From Acidovorax sp. (GTDB taxonomy: Bacteria > Pseudomonadota > Gammaproteobacteria > Burkholderiales > Burkholderiaceae_C): a stretch of DNA of 64,000 nt. The number at the start of each line of letters is the position of its first letter. Position 1 is the stretch's first letter. Positions 20,538-28,985 of the stretch are shown in pieces. Both the position numbers and the translations under genes were made by a program. Under the pieces are notes generated by a model. That model was not told the origin of the DNA. It saw only the letters and a program-made list of their open reading frames with translations, and did not search any database. The stretch lies in contig NZ_JBKDRI010000159.1 in assembly GCF_046341535.1 (NCBI RefSeq), forward strand, positions 4,745 to 68,744, read 5' to 3'.

Positions 20538-21344
20538 ATGCAAAACGCTCCTGAAAAGATAGCTTTCAGCGCAGACGCAATCAGCGTAACCGTGGGAAAA
20601 CACCGCGTTTTGCACCCCATCAGCCTGCATCTGGCAGCGGGGCGGTGGACCAGCATCGTCGGCCCCAACGGCGCGGGCAAATCGACCTTGCTGCGCGCGC
20701 TGGCAGGCCTGCTGCCATGCACCGGCAGCGTTCAGCTCCTGGGTCGCCCGCTGGCCGCCTGGCACCCCCGCGACCGGGCGCGGGCCCTGTCGTGGCTGGG
20801 CCAAAACGAGTTGGCCGCCGACGATTGGCGGGTGTATGACCTGGCCATGCTGGGCCGCCTGCCGCACCAGCCCTGGCTGGCCTCCCCCAGCGATGCCGAC
20901 CATGCTGCCGTGGAGCAGGCCCTGCGCGCCACCCGGGCCTGGGACTGGCGCCACCGTGCGCTGGGGCAGCTTTCGGGCGGCGAGCGCCAGCGCGTGCTGC
21001 TGGCGCGCGCCTTGGCCGTGCAGGCCCAGGTGCTGCTGATGGATGAACCCCTGGCCAACCTCGACCCACCCCACCAGTGCGACTGGCTGCTGCTGATGCG
21101 TGACCTGGTGGCTCAGGGCAAGACGGTGGTCAGCGTGCTGCACGAGGTGTCGTTTGCGCTGCAGGCCGACGACGTCGCCATCCTGGCCGAGGGCCGCCTG
21201 ATCGGTCATGGCCCGGCCCACGATGCGGCCACCCACCGTGCGCTGGAGCAGGTGTTTGACAACCGCATTGCCATCCATTCGGCCCAGGGCCAGTGGGTGG
21301 CCTTGCCCTGCCTGCCGTCCGGCGGTGCCCCGGCTGCAGGTTGA
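20538..21344 (+). CDS. btuD: Cobalamin ABC ATPase
   Basis: Walker A GPNGAGKS, LSGGERQR signature, LLMDEP. Confidence 0.88.
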   Translation: MQNAPEKIAFSADAISVTVGKHRVLHPISLHLAAGRWTSIVGPNGAGKSTLLRALAGLLPCTGSVQLLGRPLAAWHPRDRARALSWLGQNELAADDWRVYDLAMLGRLPHQPWLASPSDADHAAVEQALRATRAWDWRHRALGQLSGGERQRVLLARALAVQAQVLLMDEPLANLDPPHQCDWLLLMRDLVAQGKTVVSVLHEVSFALQADDVAILAEGRLIGHGPAHDAATHRALEQVFDNRIAIHSAQGQWVALPCLPSGGAPAAG

Positions 21345-21390
21345 GCTTTTTGCGACGAGCTTTCTCCCTGCTGCATCGGGTGATTGATGA

Positions 21391-21448
21391 TTATTTTTGG
21401 CCGTTTACGCTTGCCAGTATTGCCCTGATAGCTATTATTTTGATAGTG
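21391..21448 (-). repeat. Dispersed bipartite ~57-bp element, copy 1 (intergenic, btuD-cobQ)
   Basis: Minus strand cactatcaaaataatagct-atcagggcaa-tactgg-caagcg-taaacggcc-aaaaa aligns without gaps to the copies at 38671, 56159 and 58115. Confidence 0.7.
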
Positions 21449-21526
21449 TTGGCGTTTTGCCGATGCGTTCTGCCGATGCGGTTCGCGGCGCTGCCGGACG
21501 CACAGGCACCGCGCTGATCGCCCCAT

Positions 21527-23059
21527 GTGTCTGCCCCGACCCCTGCCATGCCCCCACATTCACCCACCGGCATTCACCCAGCGCGCTGCGTGATGGTGCT
21601 TGGCACCTCCAGCGGAGCGGGCAAAAGCTGGCTTGCCACCGCCTTGTGCCGCTACTACAGCCACCTGGGCCTGCGGGTTGCTCCGTTCAAGGCGCAGAAC
21701 ATGAGCAACAACGCCCGGGTTGTCTCCAGCGCCAGCGGCCAGGGCGAGATCGGATCGGCCCAGTACTTCCAGGCGCTTGCAGCCCGCGCCGAGCCTGAGG
21801 TTCGCATGAACCCGCTGCTGCTCAAGCCCGAAGCCGACACCCGCAGCCAGGTCGTGCTGATGGGGCAGGTGAGCGCCGAGCTCACCGCCATGCCCTGGCG
21901 CAGTCGCAGCGAAGCAGTGTGGCCACAGATCGCTGCGGCGCTGGATGCTTTGCGTGCCGAGAACGACGTGGTCGTGATCGAAGGCGCAGGTTCCCCCGCC
22001 GAAATCAACCTGCACGCCAGCGATATCGTGAACATGCGTGTGGCACGCCACGCCGGGGCGCGTTGCCTGCTGGTGACCGACATCGACCGGGGCGGCGCCT
22101 TTGCCCACCTCTACGGCACCTGGGCACTCCTGCCCGAGACCGAACGCGCCCTGATCAGCGGCTTTGTGCTCAACAAGTTTCGTGGCGATGCCAGCTTGCT
22201 GGCCCCCGCCCCGCAGATGTTGCAGGACCTGACCGGTGTGCCCACGGTGGCCACCATCCCTATGCAGTGGCGTCACGGCCTGCCCGAAGAAGACGGCGTG
22301 TTTGACGACCGCACCCTGGCCGCAGGCCCGGTGCACACCACGGTTGCCGTGACTGCGTACCCGCGCATCAGCAACCTCGATGAATTCCAGCCCCTCAAGA
22401 ACGTGCCTGGCGTGCGGCTGCGGTGGGTGCGCAGCCCGGCGGACCTGTCCGATTTGAAGACCCCCGACTGGCTGGTGCTGCCCGGCTCCAAGTCCACGGC
22501 CGCCGACCTGGCCTGGCTGCGCGCTCAGGGGCTGGACGAGGCCATTGCCGCCCATGCAGGGCGGGGCGGTACGGTGCTTGGCGTGTGTGGCGGCCTGCAG
22601 ATGCTGGGCGAGGCACTGATCGACACCGCAGGCATCGACGGCAACGCGCCCGGCCTGGGCCTGTTGCCGCTGGTGACCACCTTCGAGGTGGCCAAGACCG
22701 TGCGGCGCACGCAGGTGCAGTTTGGCGCACTTCAGGGCCCTTGGGCCGCGCTGGCCGGTGTGAGCGTGGCAGGTTATGAAATCCACCACGGCCAGACCGT
22801 CCAGCACCCGGCGATGGCCGCCCGTGGCGATGTGGCCCTTGAGGTCGTCCCGGGCATCGCCTGGCAAAACCCGGCGGGCAATGTGCTGGGTGTGTACCTG
22901 CATGGTCTGCTGGAAGATCCCGCCGCCCTCAAGGCACTGTGGGGCCACGGCGCGGCACCCGTGCCCACGCTCGATTCGGTCTTCGAAGGCCTTGCCGAGG
23001 TTGCCGCCACGCACTTCACCGAGGGCTTTTTGCAGCGCCTGCTCCAGCCCGCAGCCTGA
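21527..23059 (+). CDS. cobQ: Cobyric acid synthase
   Basis: GTSSGAGKS, PFKAQNMSNN, EGAGSPAEINL, GVCGGLQMLG, GYEIHHG, GVYLHG. Confidence 0.95.
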   Translation: MSAPTPAMPPHSPTGIHPARCVMVLGTSSGAGKSWLATALCRYYSHLGLRVAPFKAQNMSNNARVVSSASGQGEIGSAQYFQALAARAEPEVRMNPLLLKPEADTRSQVVLMGQVSAELTAMPWRSRSEAVWPQIAAALDALRAENDVVVIEGAGSPAEINLHASDIVNMRVARHAGARCLLVTDIDRGGAFAHLYGTWALLPETERALISGFVLNKFRGDASLLAPAPQMLQDLTGVPTVATIPMQWRHGLPEEDGVFDDRTLAAGPVHTTVAVTAYPRISNLDEFQPLKNVPGVRLRWVRSPADLSDLKTPDWLVLPGSKSTAADLAWLRAQGLDEAIAAHAGRGGTVLGVCGGLQMLGEALIDTAGIDGNAPGLGLLPLVTTFEVAKTVRRTQVQFGALQGPWAALAGVSVAGYEIHHGQTVQHPAMAARGDVALEVVPGIAWQNPAGNVLGVYLHGLLEDPAALKALWGHGAAPVPTLDSVFEGLAEVAATHFTEGFLQRLLQPAA

Positions 23060-23112
23060 CCCCATGGCTTGCCGGGCCTTGCCGCAGCCCCATCATGCTT
23101 GCCTTGAACCTA

Positions 23113-23222
23113 TTGAGTCGGCACCTTTGAACTTGAACCAGCCGTTCGGGCTGAGCCTGTCGAAGCCTTGCGCAGAGCTTCGAACCGCATCAACGCATTC
23201 AAGTTGGTTGATGCCGACTCAA
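23113..23222. mobile_element. Hairpin MITE/REP-like element A (110 bp), TA-flanked
   Basis: 11-bp terminal inverted repeats TTGAGTCGGCA/TGCCGACTCAA each flanked by TA; internal CCGTTCGGGCTGAGCCTGTCGAAGC...GCTTCGA palindrome. Confidence 0.7.
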
Positions 23223-23224
23223 TA

Positions 23225-23450
23225 AAAACGGCAGTTGGATGCATTTGCCAGCGCTGCTTTTGGGGTGCCAGGCAAGGCGCGACGACGCGGCAGGCTCGCG
23301 CCTGCAAGGAGGAGCAACACCGCATGGCGCTCCAAAAGCGGTACTGGCAAGTGCATAGCGCTGTCACCCCCAAGGTGAGGCTGCAAAAACAACGCAAGGC
23401 CCGAGTCCACGCGGTGTGCGGCAAGATTAAAAGCGGTCAACTGCCGTTTT
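23225..23450. mobile_element. MITE-like element B (226 bp), TA-flanked
   Basis: 13-bp perfect terminal inverted repeats AAAACGGCAGTTG/CAACTGCCGTTTT flanked by TA; internal 32-bp stem and a 6-bp hairpin. Confidence 0.72.
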
Positions 23451-23591
23451 TAGGATGATTGAAGGTATTGCGAAGACTGTTCAAAACCGGGGTGATTCAC
23501 TTGCGGTTGAAGAACTGATTTGGTTCGAAATCCGGGTCTGAATTCATTGAGTGTGGCGAATGCTGTTGGTGCATCCGCCTGGCTCAGGCTA

Positions 23592-24377
23592 TCAACGATG
23601 AAGCTTGTTGACCGGCGATCTGACAAAGCTGGCGGCCAGCCCCAGCGTCGCGAGAGAAACGATGACACAGGCACCACTGGGCCAGTCCATAGTGCCCGAA
23701 ACCGCAAGCCCAACCCCACACGCCAGCATGATCGTCGCAGAACGTTGGAGAAGCCCCCAACCTTGCAGGCCAAGCCACGCAGGCACGATCAGAGCGGCAA
23801 ACACCAGCCACAAACCCAGCACGCCCACGGCCAAGCTGGCGACTACAGCAAACCATACGTAAAACGCCCAGTCGCCCCATGGAGCGGCCTGTTGCCAGCG
23901 TGCCATGACACTCTGCCAAGCGTAGCCCAGCATCACCAGTGAAGCCATGAGTCCGACTTGGGGCCAGTCGGCCCACAGGACATCGGCGGCCAGCAGTTCG
24001 CTCAGGTGTTCCCGTCCGTGTGGATCCTGGCTTGCCCCTAGCACGGACAGGCCAGCACCAAGCACGTACACCAGCCCGATGAGGGCTTCACGTTGAGCCG
24101 GGTGGCGGCGCGCTAGATGTTGCACCCAACCGACCGCCACCAGCGCCCCCACCAGCGCTGCACCACGCACACTCCAAGCGCCAGGGTGGTCCTGCCACCA
24201 GATCCACCACAATGCCGCAGCCGCTGCCGCTTGCGCCACAGCCAGATCGATAAACACCACACCACGGCGCAGCACCTGTTCGCCTAGTGGAGCTAGCGCC
24301 ATCAGACCCAAGCCCAAAGCGAGCAACGGAGGCAACCACCAAGGCAACGCCATCAACAAGTTTTCCAAGTTCATCAA
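23592..24377 (-). CDS. Metal ABC transporter permease (ZnuB/ABC-3 like)
   Basis: LGEQVLRRGVVFIDLAVAQ and REALIGLVY; multiple TM helices. Confidence 0.82.
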   Translation of the reverse strand: MMNLENLLMALPWWLPPLLALGLGLMALAPLGEQVLRRGVVFIDLAVAQAAAAAALWWIWWQDHPGAWSVRGAALVGALVAVGWVQHLARRHPAQREALIGLVYVLGAGLSVLGASQDPHGREHLSELLAADVLWADWPQVGLMASLVMLGYAWQSVMARWQQAAPWGDWAFYVWFAVVASLAVGVLGLWLVFAALIVPAWLGLQGWGLLQRSATIMLACGVGLAVSGTMDWPSGACVIVSLATLGLAASFVRSPVNKLHR

Positions 24378-24395
24378 GCAGACCCATCTGCCAGA

Positions 24396-25346
24396 TCAGC
24401 GTCCACCAGCGGCTGCAGAGAGCTCGGACAATATGCGGTCAAACCACCGCTCCAAGGCCTCCGGATGACTGGCATCATCCACCGTCGCGGGCAACACCAA
24501 CAAGGGGGCCTTGCCTTGAAGCTGCTGGGCTAACCAGCGTGCCGAGCGGTCATCCTGATACCCGGCCACCACGATGGCTGCAGGTGGGTCGGTCAGCAGG
24601 CCATCACGCAAAGCGCCCAGGTGCCCCGGGGTGGGCGGCATGCCAGGCTTGGGTTCTAAATCGGCCACCATTTCGATGCCCAGCCAATGCCAGAGGTAGC
24701 CAAATGTGGTGTGCTGACCGGCCACTTTGCGACCTTTCAGCAAACGCCCCTGCTGGCTCCAGCGCGCAATGTGCCGTTGCCAGCGTTCGTCCCAAGCCTT
24801 GTGTCTTGCCGCCACGTCGCTGGCTTGCGCCGGAAAGAGCGTTGCCATGCGTTCAGCCAATGCTTTTGCCGCTTGCGCAACACGGCGCGGGTCGGCATGC
24901 AGATGCGGGTTGCCTTCGGGGTGTACGTCGCCCGCAAAGGGGTTCAATGTGACGGGCCTAGGATCAATCAGGCTGACATGGTCGGCCGCATAGAACATGC
25001 CCGCCTGGCCGTCCTGCACCTTTCGATTAGCCGAGCGCTGTTGCAGGATAGGCAGCCAACCGGCCTCCAGTGCCGCTCCCGTGCACACTGCCAGATCGGC
25101 GCTGCGCATCTGTGCAATCAGCGCTGGGCGGGCCTCAATGTGGTGAGGGTCTTGCTTGGCATGGGTCGCCACGTGTACTTTGGCGTTTGGCAGGAGCACG
25201 CGGACCAGCGCGGCCCATTCGGGCTCACAGGCAAACACCGTGGTGGCTCCCGCCTGGGCCGTGGCGATCCCCAAGCCAATAACCACCGCCAGTTGGCGAA
25301 GCCATCCGCAGCCACCTGTAGGAGACGATAGCCACTTGGATACCAT
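24396..25346 (-). CDS. Cluster A-I metal-binding periplasmic protein (ZnuA/TroA like)
   Basis: QDPHHIEARP, DVHPEGNPHLHADP, QHTTFGYL, EPKPGMPPT; start uncertain. Confidence 0.88.
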   Translation of the reverse strand: MVSKWLSSPTGGCGWLRQLAVVIGLGIATAQAGATTVFACEPEWAALVRVLLPNAKVHVATHAKQDPHHIEARPALIAQMRSADLAVCTGAALEAGWLPILQQRSANRKVQDGQAGMFYAADHVSLIDPRPVTLNPFAGDVHPEGNPHLHADPRRVAQAAKALAERMATLFPAQASDVAARHKAWDERWQRHIARWSQQGRLLKGRKVAGQHTTFGYLWHWLGIEMVADLEPKPGMPPTPGHLGALRDGLLTDPPAAIVVAGYQDDRSARWLAQQLQGKAPLLVLPATVDDASHPEALERWFDRILSELSAAAGGR

Positions 25347-25356
25347 GTATGAACAG

Positions 25357-26514
25357 TCAGAAGCTGTGCGCACCATGGGCTCCAAAGCTAAGTATGTAGT
25401 GCAATTGCACAGACCGTTTAACCGCGCCTTCCACCCCTTTCGCGCCAGACTGGCCGGTCAGTTGCAGCCGCACCGTCTGGGCATGGGTGGGTTTGTAGGC
25501 CACCATCAACGACTGTTCGCGCAGGCGCACGTTGTGAAAGTGGTCGCCATGTGGGCTGCGCGCCTTCAGCCAGTCCAGCCGCACACCGGCTTCCCACGGG
25601 GCCGCCCAGCGCCACACCGCCATCAGCGACTGTGCTTCGTGCGTGTCGCTGCTGCGCGCATGGCGGTTGATGCCGCTAACGCGTGCCCATTCGCCCACCA
25701 CTTTCAGCTGGCGCTCGCGGTTGTTGCCGTCAGGCGCCCATTTCCACGCGGCATCCAGCAGCACCATATTGCGCCCGCTGAAGGCTGCACCGTGTGCATG
25801 CCCATGGTCATGGCTGTGGTCATGCCCCGCCTCACCGCCGTCGGCACCCTCTTCGTGCTGGGCGGCCTCACGGCGGTTGTGCAACCAGGCCGCACCCAGC
25901 TGCCAGCTTTGGGAACGGCCCCAGTCGTCACCCAGCTTGGCACTGAGCGTGAGGGCACCAGGGCTGCGGGCACGGGCGGCCTCTTTCACCAGTTGTTTGC
26001 CAGTGAAGATTTCGAGCCCTGTGCGCAGGTAGAAAGGGGTGGGTGCCGTCCAGTTCACGCGCACACCGTCGTCAAACCAGTGCCCGCCCAAGAAGGCACG
26101 GTACAGCAGCGGGCGCTCGACAAAGTCATCGGCATGCGGGTGCTGCTCGTTTAAATAGCCAATTTGCGACGGGAACCTTCCTGCACGCACCTGTAATCCC
26201 ACTGGTAGCGAGCGCGTCTGCAAATACGCCTCTTCTAGCTCGGCCTCCACCTTCCCGTCGTGGGCGTGCGCCGCCACGGTGAAGCGGGCTTCGAGTGCCT
26301 GCCCCACAGGGCCTGCAGCACTCAGATCGCTGTGACCCAATTGCAGGCCTTTTTCACGCTGGCCCAAGGCCAGCCCGCGCGATGTGTGGGCCACATCCAG
26401 CACGGCACCAACACCCCAGCCACCAGGCTCGGCGGCTTGTGTAGCCTGGGCCATGCTCAAACACACCAGCGCCGCTGCCACCGAACATGGCGAAACAGGT
26501 TTGCGTGCTCTCAT
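25357..26514 (-). CDS. His-rich outer-membrane beta-barrel protein
   Basis: Signal peptide; HPHADDFVERP; HDHSHDHGHAHG loop; alternating beta-strand pattern; C-terminal GAHGAHSF. Confidence 0.72.
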   Translation of the reverse strand: MRARKPVSPCSVAAALVCLSMAQATQAAEPGGWGVGAVLDVAHTSRGLALGQREKGLQLGHSDLSAAGPVGQALEARFTVAAHAHDGKVEAELEEAYLQTRSLPVGLQVRAGRFPSQIGYLNEQHPHADDFVERPLLYRAFLGGHWFDDGVRVNWTAPTPFYLRTGLEIFTGKQLVKEAARARSPGALTLSAKLGDDWGRSQSWQLGAAWLHNRREAAQHEEGADGGEAGHDHSHDHGHAHGAAFSGRNMVLLDAAWKWAPDGNNRERQLKVVGEWARVSGINRHARSSDTHEAQSLMAVWRWAAPWEAGVRLDWLKARSPHGDHFHNVRLREQSLMVAYKPTHAQTVRLQLTGQSGAKGVEGAVKRSVQLHYILSFGAHGAHSF

Positions 26515-27821
26515 CGTGTGATACCGGTCCAGGTGATGGCCGATGGCGTAAAGCCCAGCGCCGTGCGGCTGACCACGGCACCGGTCTGGCTGTTGACGGT
26601 AATCAACTGCTTGGCCACAGGGTCTGTCACGTAAAACTCGTCTTTCGCGCCATTGGCGACGATGGCTGGTTGCGGAGCAGCAGTAGGCATGGAGGGCACC
26701 ACGCCAGCCACCACAGGCCCAGCCACCCAGGCGTTTGATTGACGCGTCACCATGCGCAATGCGCCCTGGTCGTCCAGCACAGCAAAGCGGGAGCCACTGC
26801 GGTCAAATGCGTGGGCACGTCGCACGCGGCCGTTGTCCCAGCCCGGCAAAGTCAGCGCGGCCGCTGTGCCAGCCACTGCATTGATGGCAAAGTAGCGCGT
26901 GGTGACAGGCGGCGCGGCAGCGGTGCCTTCGGTGCCGATGCCGATGAACTGTCCTGCCAGTTTAGGATGGCCTGCGATGGTACCCACGCGCAACGGCGTG
27001 TTAACCATTCGATCGGTGACCGCTGTGGCGCTGGTGTGGGTCACTACCATCACACCATCATTGCAACCGACTGCGGTGTGGGTGCCACTGCTGAAGGAAC
27101 CATGCATGCCTTCGCAACGGGTGGCCAACTGCCGGTCATACGTGTAGCCGCTACCATTGCGTTGGTAAAGCTCCAGATGCGTGGGCAGGGTGGTGGTGGC
27201 ATCTGCGGCACGGGATACAGCCAGCAGCTTGTTGTCCATGGGCTCGCCCAAGCCGTGGATGGGGAAAGCAAGGTCCAGGCTGGCGTCAATGCGCTTCGCA
27301 GCGATTGATGCGTCGGTGATCAGCCGCACACCAGCGTTTTGAACCGGGGTGGTTGCCGTGTTTCCGTCCATGAAAAATGCGGCCTGTCTGCCGGCCTGAA
27401 CGTCGTAGTGCGTGGGGCGAGAGCCAGTCAGCGCCCAGGCCACGGCTGCAGTTGCCTGCCTGTAGTCGTGCAGGTGGTCGCCATGGTCTTCCTGCCAGAC
27501 GCCGCCATCGATGAACTGCACTTTGTCCTGCAGCCGCTGCATGGCCACCACATAACGCCCCCCCGGACTGGTGTACAGCGCAGAAGGTGCGTTATCCATG
27601 GCGTATGTCGCGGCAAACGTCTTGCTGTCGAGATCGAATATCCGCACGGCCGACGCACCGTTTTCTGCCAACGCCAATCGGCCTGCCGTGTCGATGACGG
27701 TATCACTGTGGGCGCGGTCATCCCCACCGCCGCCGCCACAGGCGGTGACCAGGGCTGCGGCGGCCAGGGCCAGCAGAGAACGGCGAGGAAACTGAACGGA
27801 TGATGAAGGTTTGGCGTTCAT
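26511..27821 (-). CDS. AztD-like metallochaperone lipoprotein (predicted beta-propeller)
   Basis: RRSLL...VTAC lipobox; [19 protein letters not shown] and CEGMHG His motifs. Confidence 0.72.
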   Translation of the reverse strand: MNAKPSSSVQFPRRSLLALAAAALVTACGGGGGDDRAHSDTVIDTAGRLALAENGASAVRIFDLDSKTFAATYAMDNAPSALYTSPGGRYVVAMQRLQDKVQFIDGGVWQEDHGDHLHDYRQATAAVAWALTGSRPTHYDVQAGRQAAFFMDGNTATTPVQNAGVRLITDASIAAKRIDASLDLAFPIHGLGEPMDNKLLAVSRAADATTTLPTHLELYQRNGSGYTYDRQLATRCEGMHGSFSSGTHTAVGCNDGVMVVTHTSATAVTDRMVNTPLRVGTIAGHPKLAGQFIGIGTEGTAAAPPVTTRYFAINAVAGTAAALTLPGWDNGRVRRAHAFDRSGSRFAVLDDQGALRMVTRQSNAWVAGPVVAGVVPSMPTAAPQPAIVANGAKDEFYVTDPVAKQLITVNSQTGAVVSRTALGFTPSAITWTGITR

Positions 27822-27899
27822 GATTGGTAGATGAAAGAAGCAGCGGCAAATGCCGCGGTTGGTGAAAACGTCAAAAGCCTTGGCGTTGTAGCTGTGTAA

Positions 27900-28083
27900 C
27901 GTGAGAGTTGCGCCTCGCGCCCGGTGATCGAGGCGTCGATGTTGACCTCGCTCATGTCATTGACGATGACTGCCACGCGTCGGCCCTCGCGATTGCGCAG
28001 CACGTGGTTGAGCAGAGATGTCTTGCCGACACCCAGAAAACCCGAGAGCACGGTGACCGGAAGGCGTGATTAAGGTATGCCAT
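27900..28083 (-). pseudogene. Truncated and frameshifted COG0523 (ZigA/YciC/CobW-like) GTPase
   Basis: [45 protein letters not shown]; ATG 28083 is out of frame with it; homology ends before the CxCC motif. Confidence 0.85.
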
Positions 28084-28089
28084 CTTAAT

Positions 28090-28109
28090 GATAATGGAAT
28101 CCCATTATC
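28090..28109. promoter_or_regulatory. Fur-family-like operator palindrome
   Basis: GATAATGG-AATC-CCATTATC (8-4-8 inverted repeat) between the divergent metal operon and regulator. Confidence 0.7.
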
Positions 28110-28157
28110 GTAACATGACAAAATCTGGCCTGTTTCAGTTTCACATCAAACCATCTC

Positions 28158-28541
28158 ATGTCCCAGGAACGCAGCACCCGCCAGCGCGCCGCGATGCGAG
28201 CCGTCATCGAGGCAGCCGGGCGCCCCCTCTCTCCACAAGAGATCTGTGCAATGGCGCAATCCGAGGTCCCAGGTTTAGGCACAGCGACCGTCTATCGCAA
28301 TCTCAAGCTGATGGTGGAGGCTCGCGAAATCGAGCCTGTGGTTTTGCCCGGCGAAGGGGCGCGGTACGAACCCACGCACCATGGTCATCATCACCACTTC
28401 CAGTGCAACGAATGCAAGCGCGTATTCGACGTGCATGAATGCCCTGGAGACTTGGACCGTTTGGCGCCTAAAGGCTTCACCGTCGAGCGACATGAACTGA
28501 CCCTTTACGGACGCTGCGATGAATGTGCTGCACCCAAGTGA
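28158..28541 (+). CDS. Fur-family metalloregulator (Zur/Nur-like, distinct from core fur)
   Basis: STRQR, ATVYRNL, HHGHHHHFQCNEC and LYGRCDEC. Confidence 0.9.
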   Translation: MSQERSTRQRAAMRAVIEAAGRPLSPQEICAMAQSEVPGLGTATVYRNLKLMVEAREIEPVVLPGEGARYEPTHHGHHHHFQCNECKRVFDVHECPGDLDRLAPKGFTVERHELTLYGRCDECAAPK

Positions 28542-28704
28542 GCGGCGCAAGGGTGCTTTGCGAGAACGTGTGAGCCGCTCATGGCAGCAGTCAAGGTCCA
28601 AGCCATTGAACGAATCTCACATGGCTGCACAGCGGCGCGACTAGGCCAATCAATCTCCGTCTTCGTAAGGGAGTGCTCTTTGACATACTGATCCCCGATA
28701 TGAG

Positions 28705-28955
28705 AAGCGCAGCGGCCAGGAACTCAGCAAAAAACACTAACTGCCCATGTAGCGTGGCCGCCGCACCCGCATCCCAGTGCGCGCGCATGGGCATCCGCAT
28801 GCGCAGTGTGTCCACCACTTACGGCTGGATCGACTCATCGCCAGCGCCTGAGGGCGCCTGCCGCGCCCCACGCCTTGCTTCAGCCAGAGGGCGAGCGTGC
28901 CGAAAGATTCCCCGCCAGGGTTGACCGAGCGAGCGATCAGCTCCGATGAACGGCT
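28705..28955 (-). pseudogene. Transposase 5' remnant (IS1380/IS4-like, tentative)
   Basis: DESIQP*VVDTL...HWDAGAAATLHGQLVFFAEFLAAA resembles a transposase N-terminus recalled from memory; in-frame stop and abrupt end. Confidence 0.55.
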
Positions 28956-28985
28956 GGATTTGGATTGATCCAAAATATTGCGCTT

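Noticed and set aside
16450-21278. 779-aa and 725-aa minus-strand ORFs over btuB-btuD
   Set aside because: Shadow ORFs caused by stop-codon scarcity in high-GC DNA; the plus strand carries clear btu motifs
21411-21438. TTGCCA-N16-TATTAT as a cobQ promoter
   Set aside because: It coincides with the dispersed repeat, so the match may be incidental; not supported independently
23110-23458. Short ORFs (23110-23424, 23168-23458, 23219-23440) as small proteins
   Set aside because: They lie in the two inverted-repeat elements, with no RBS or family motif; the DNA structure explains the region better
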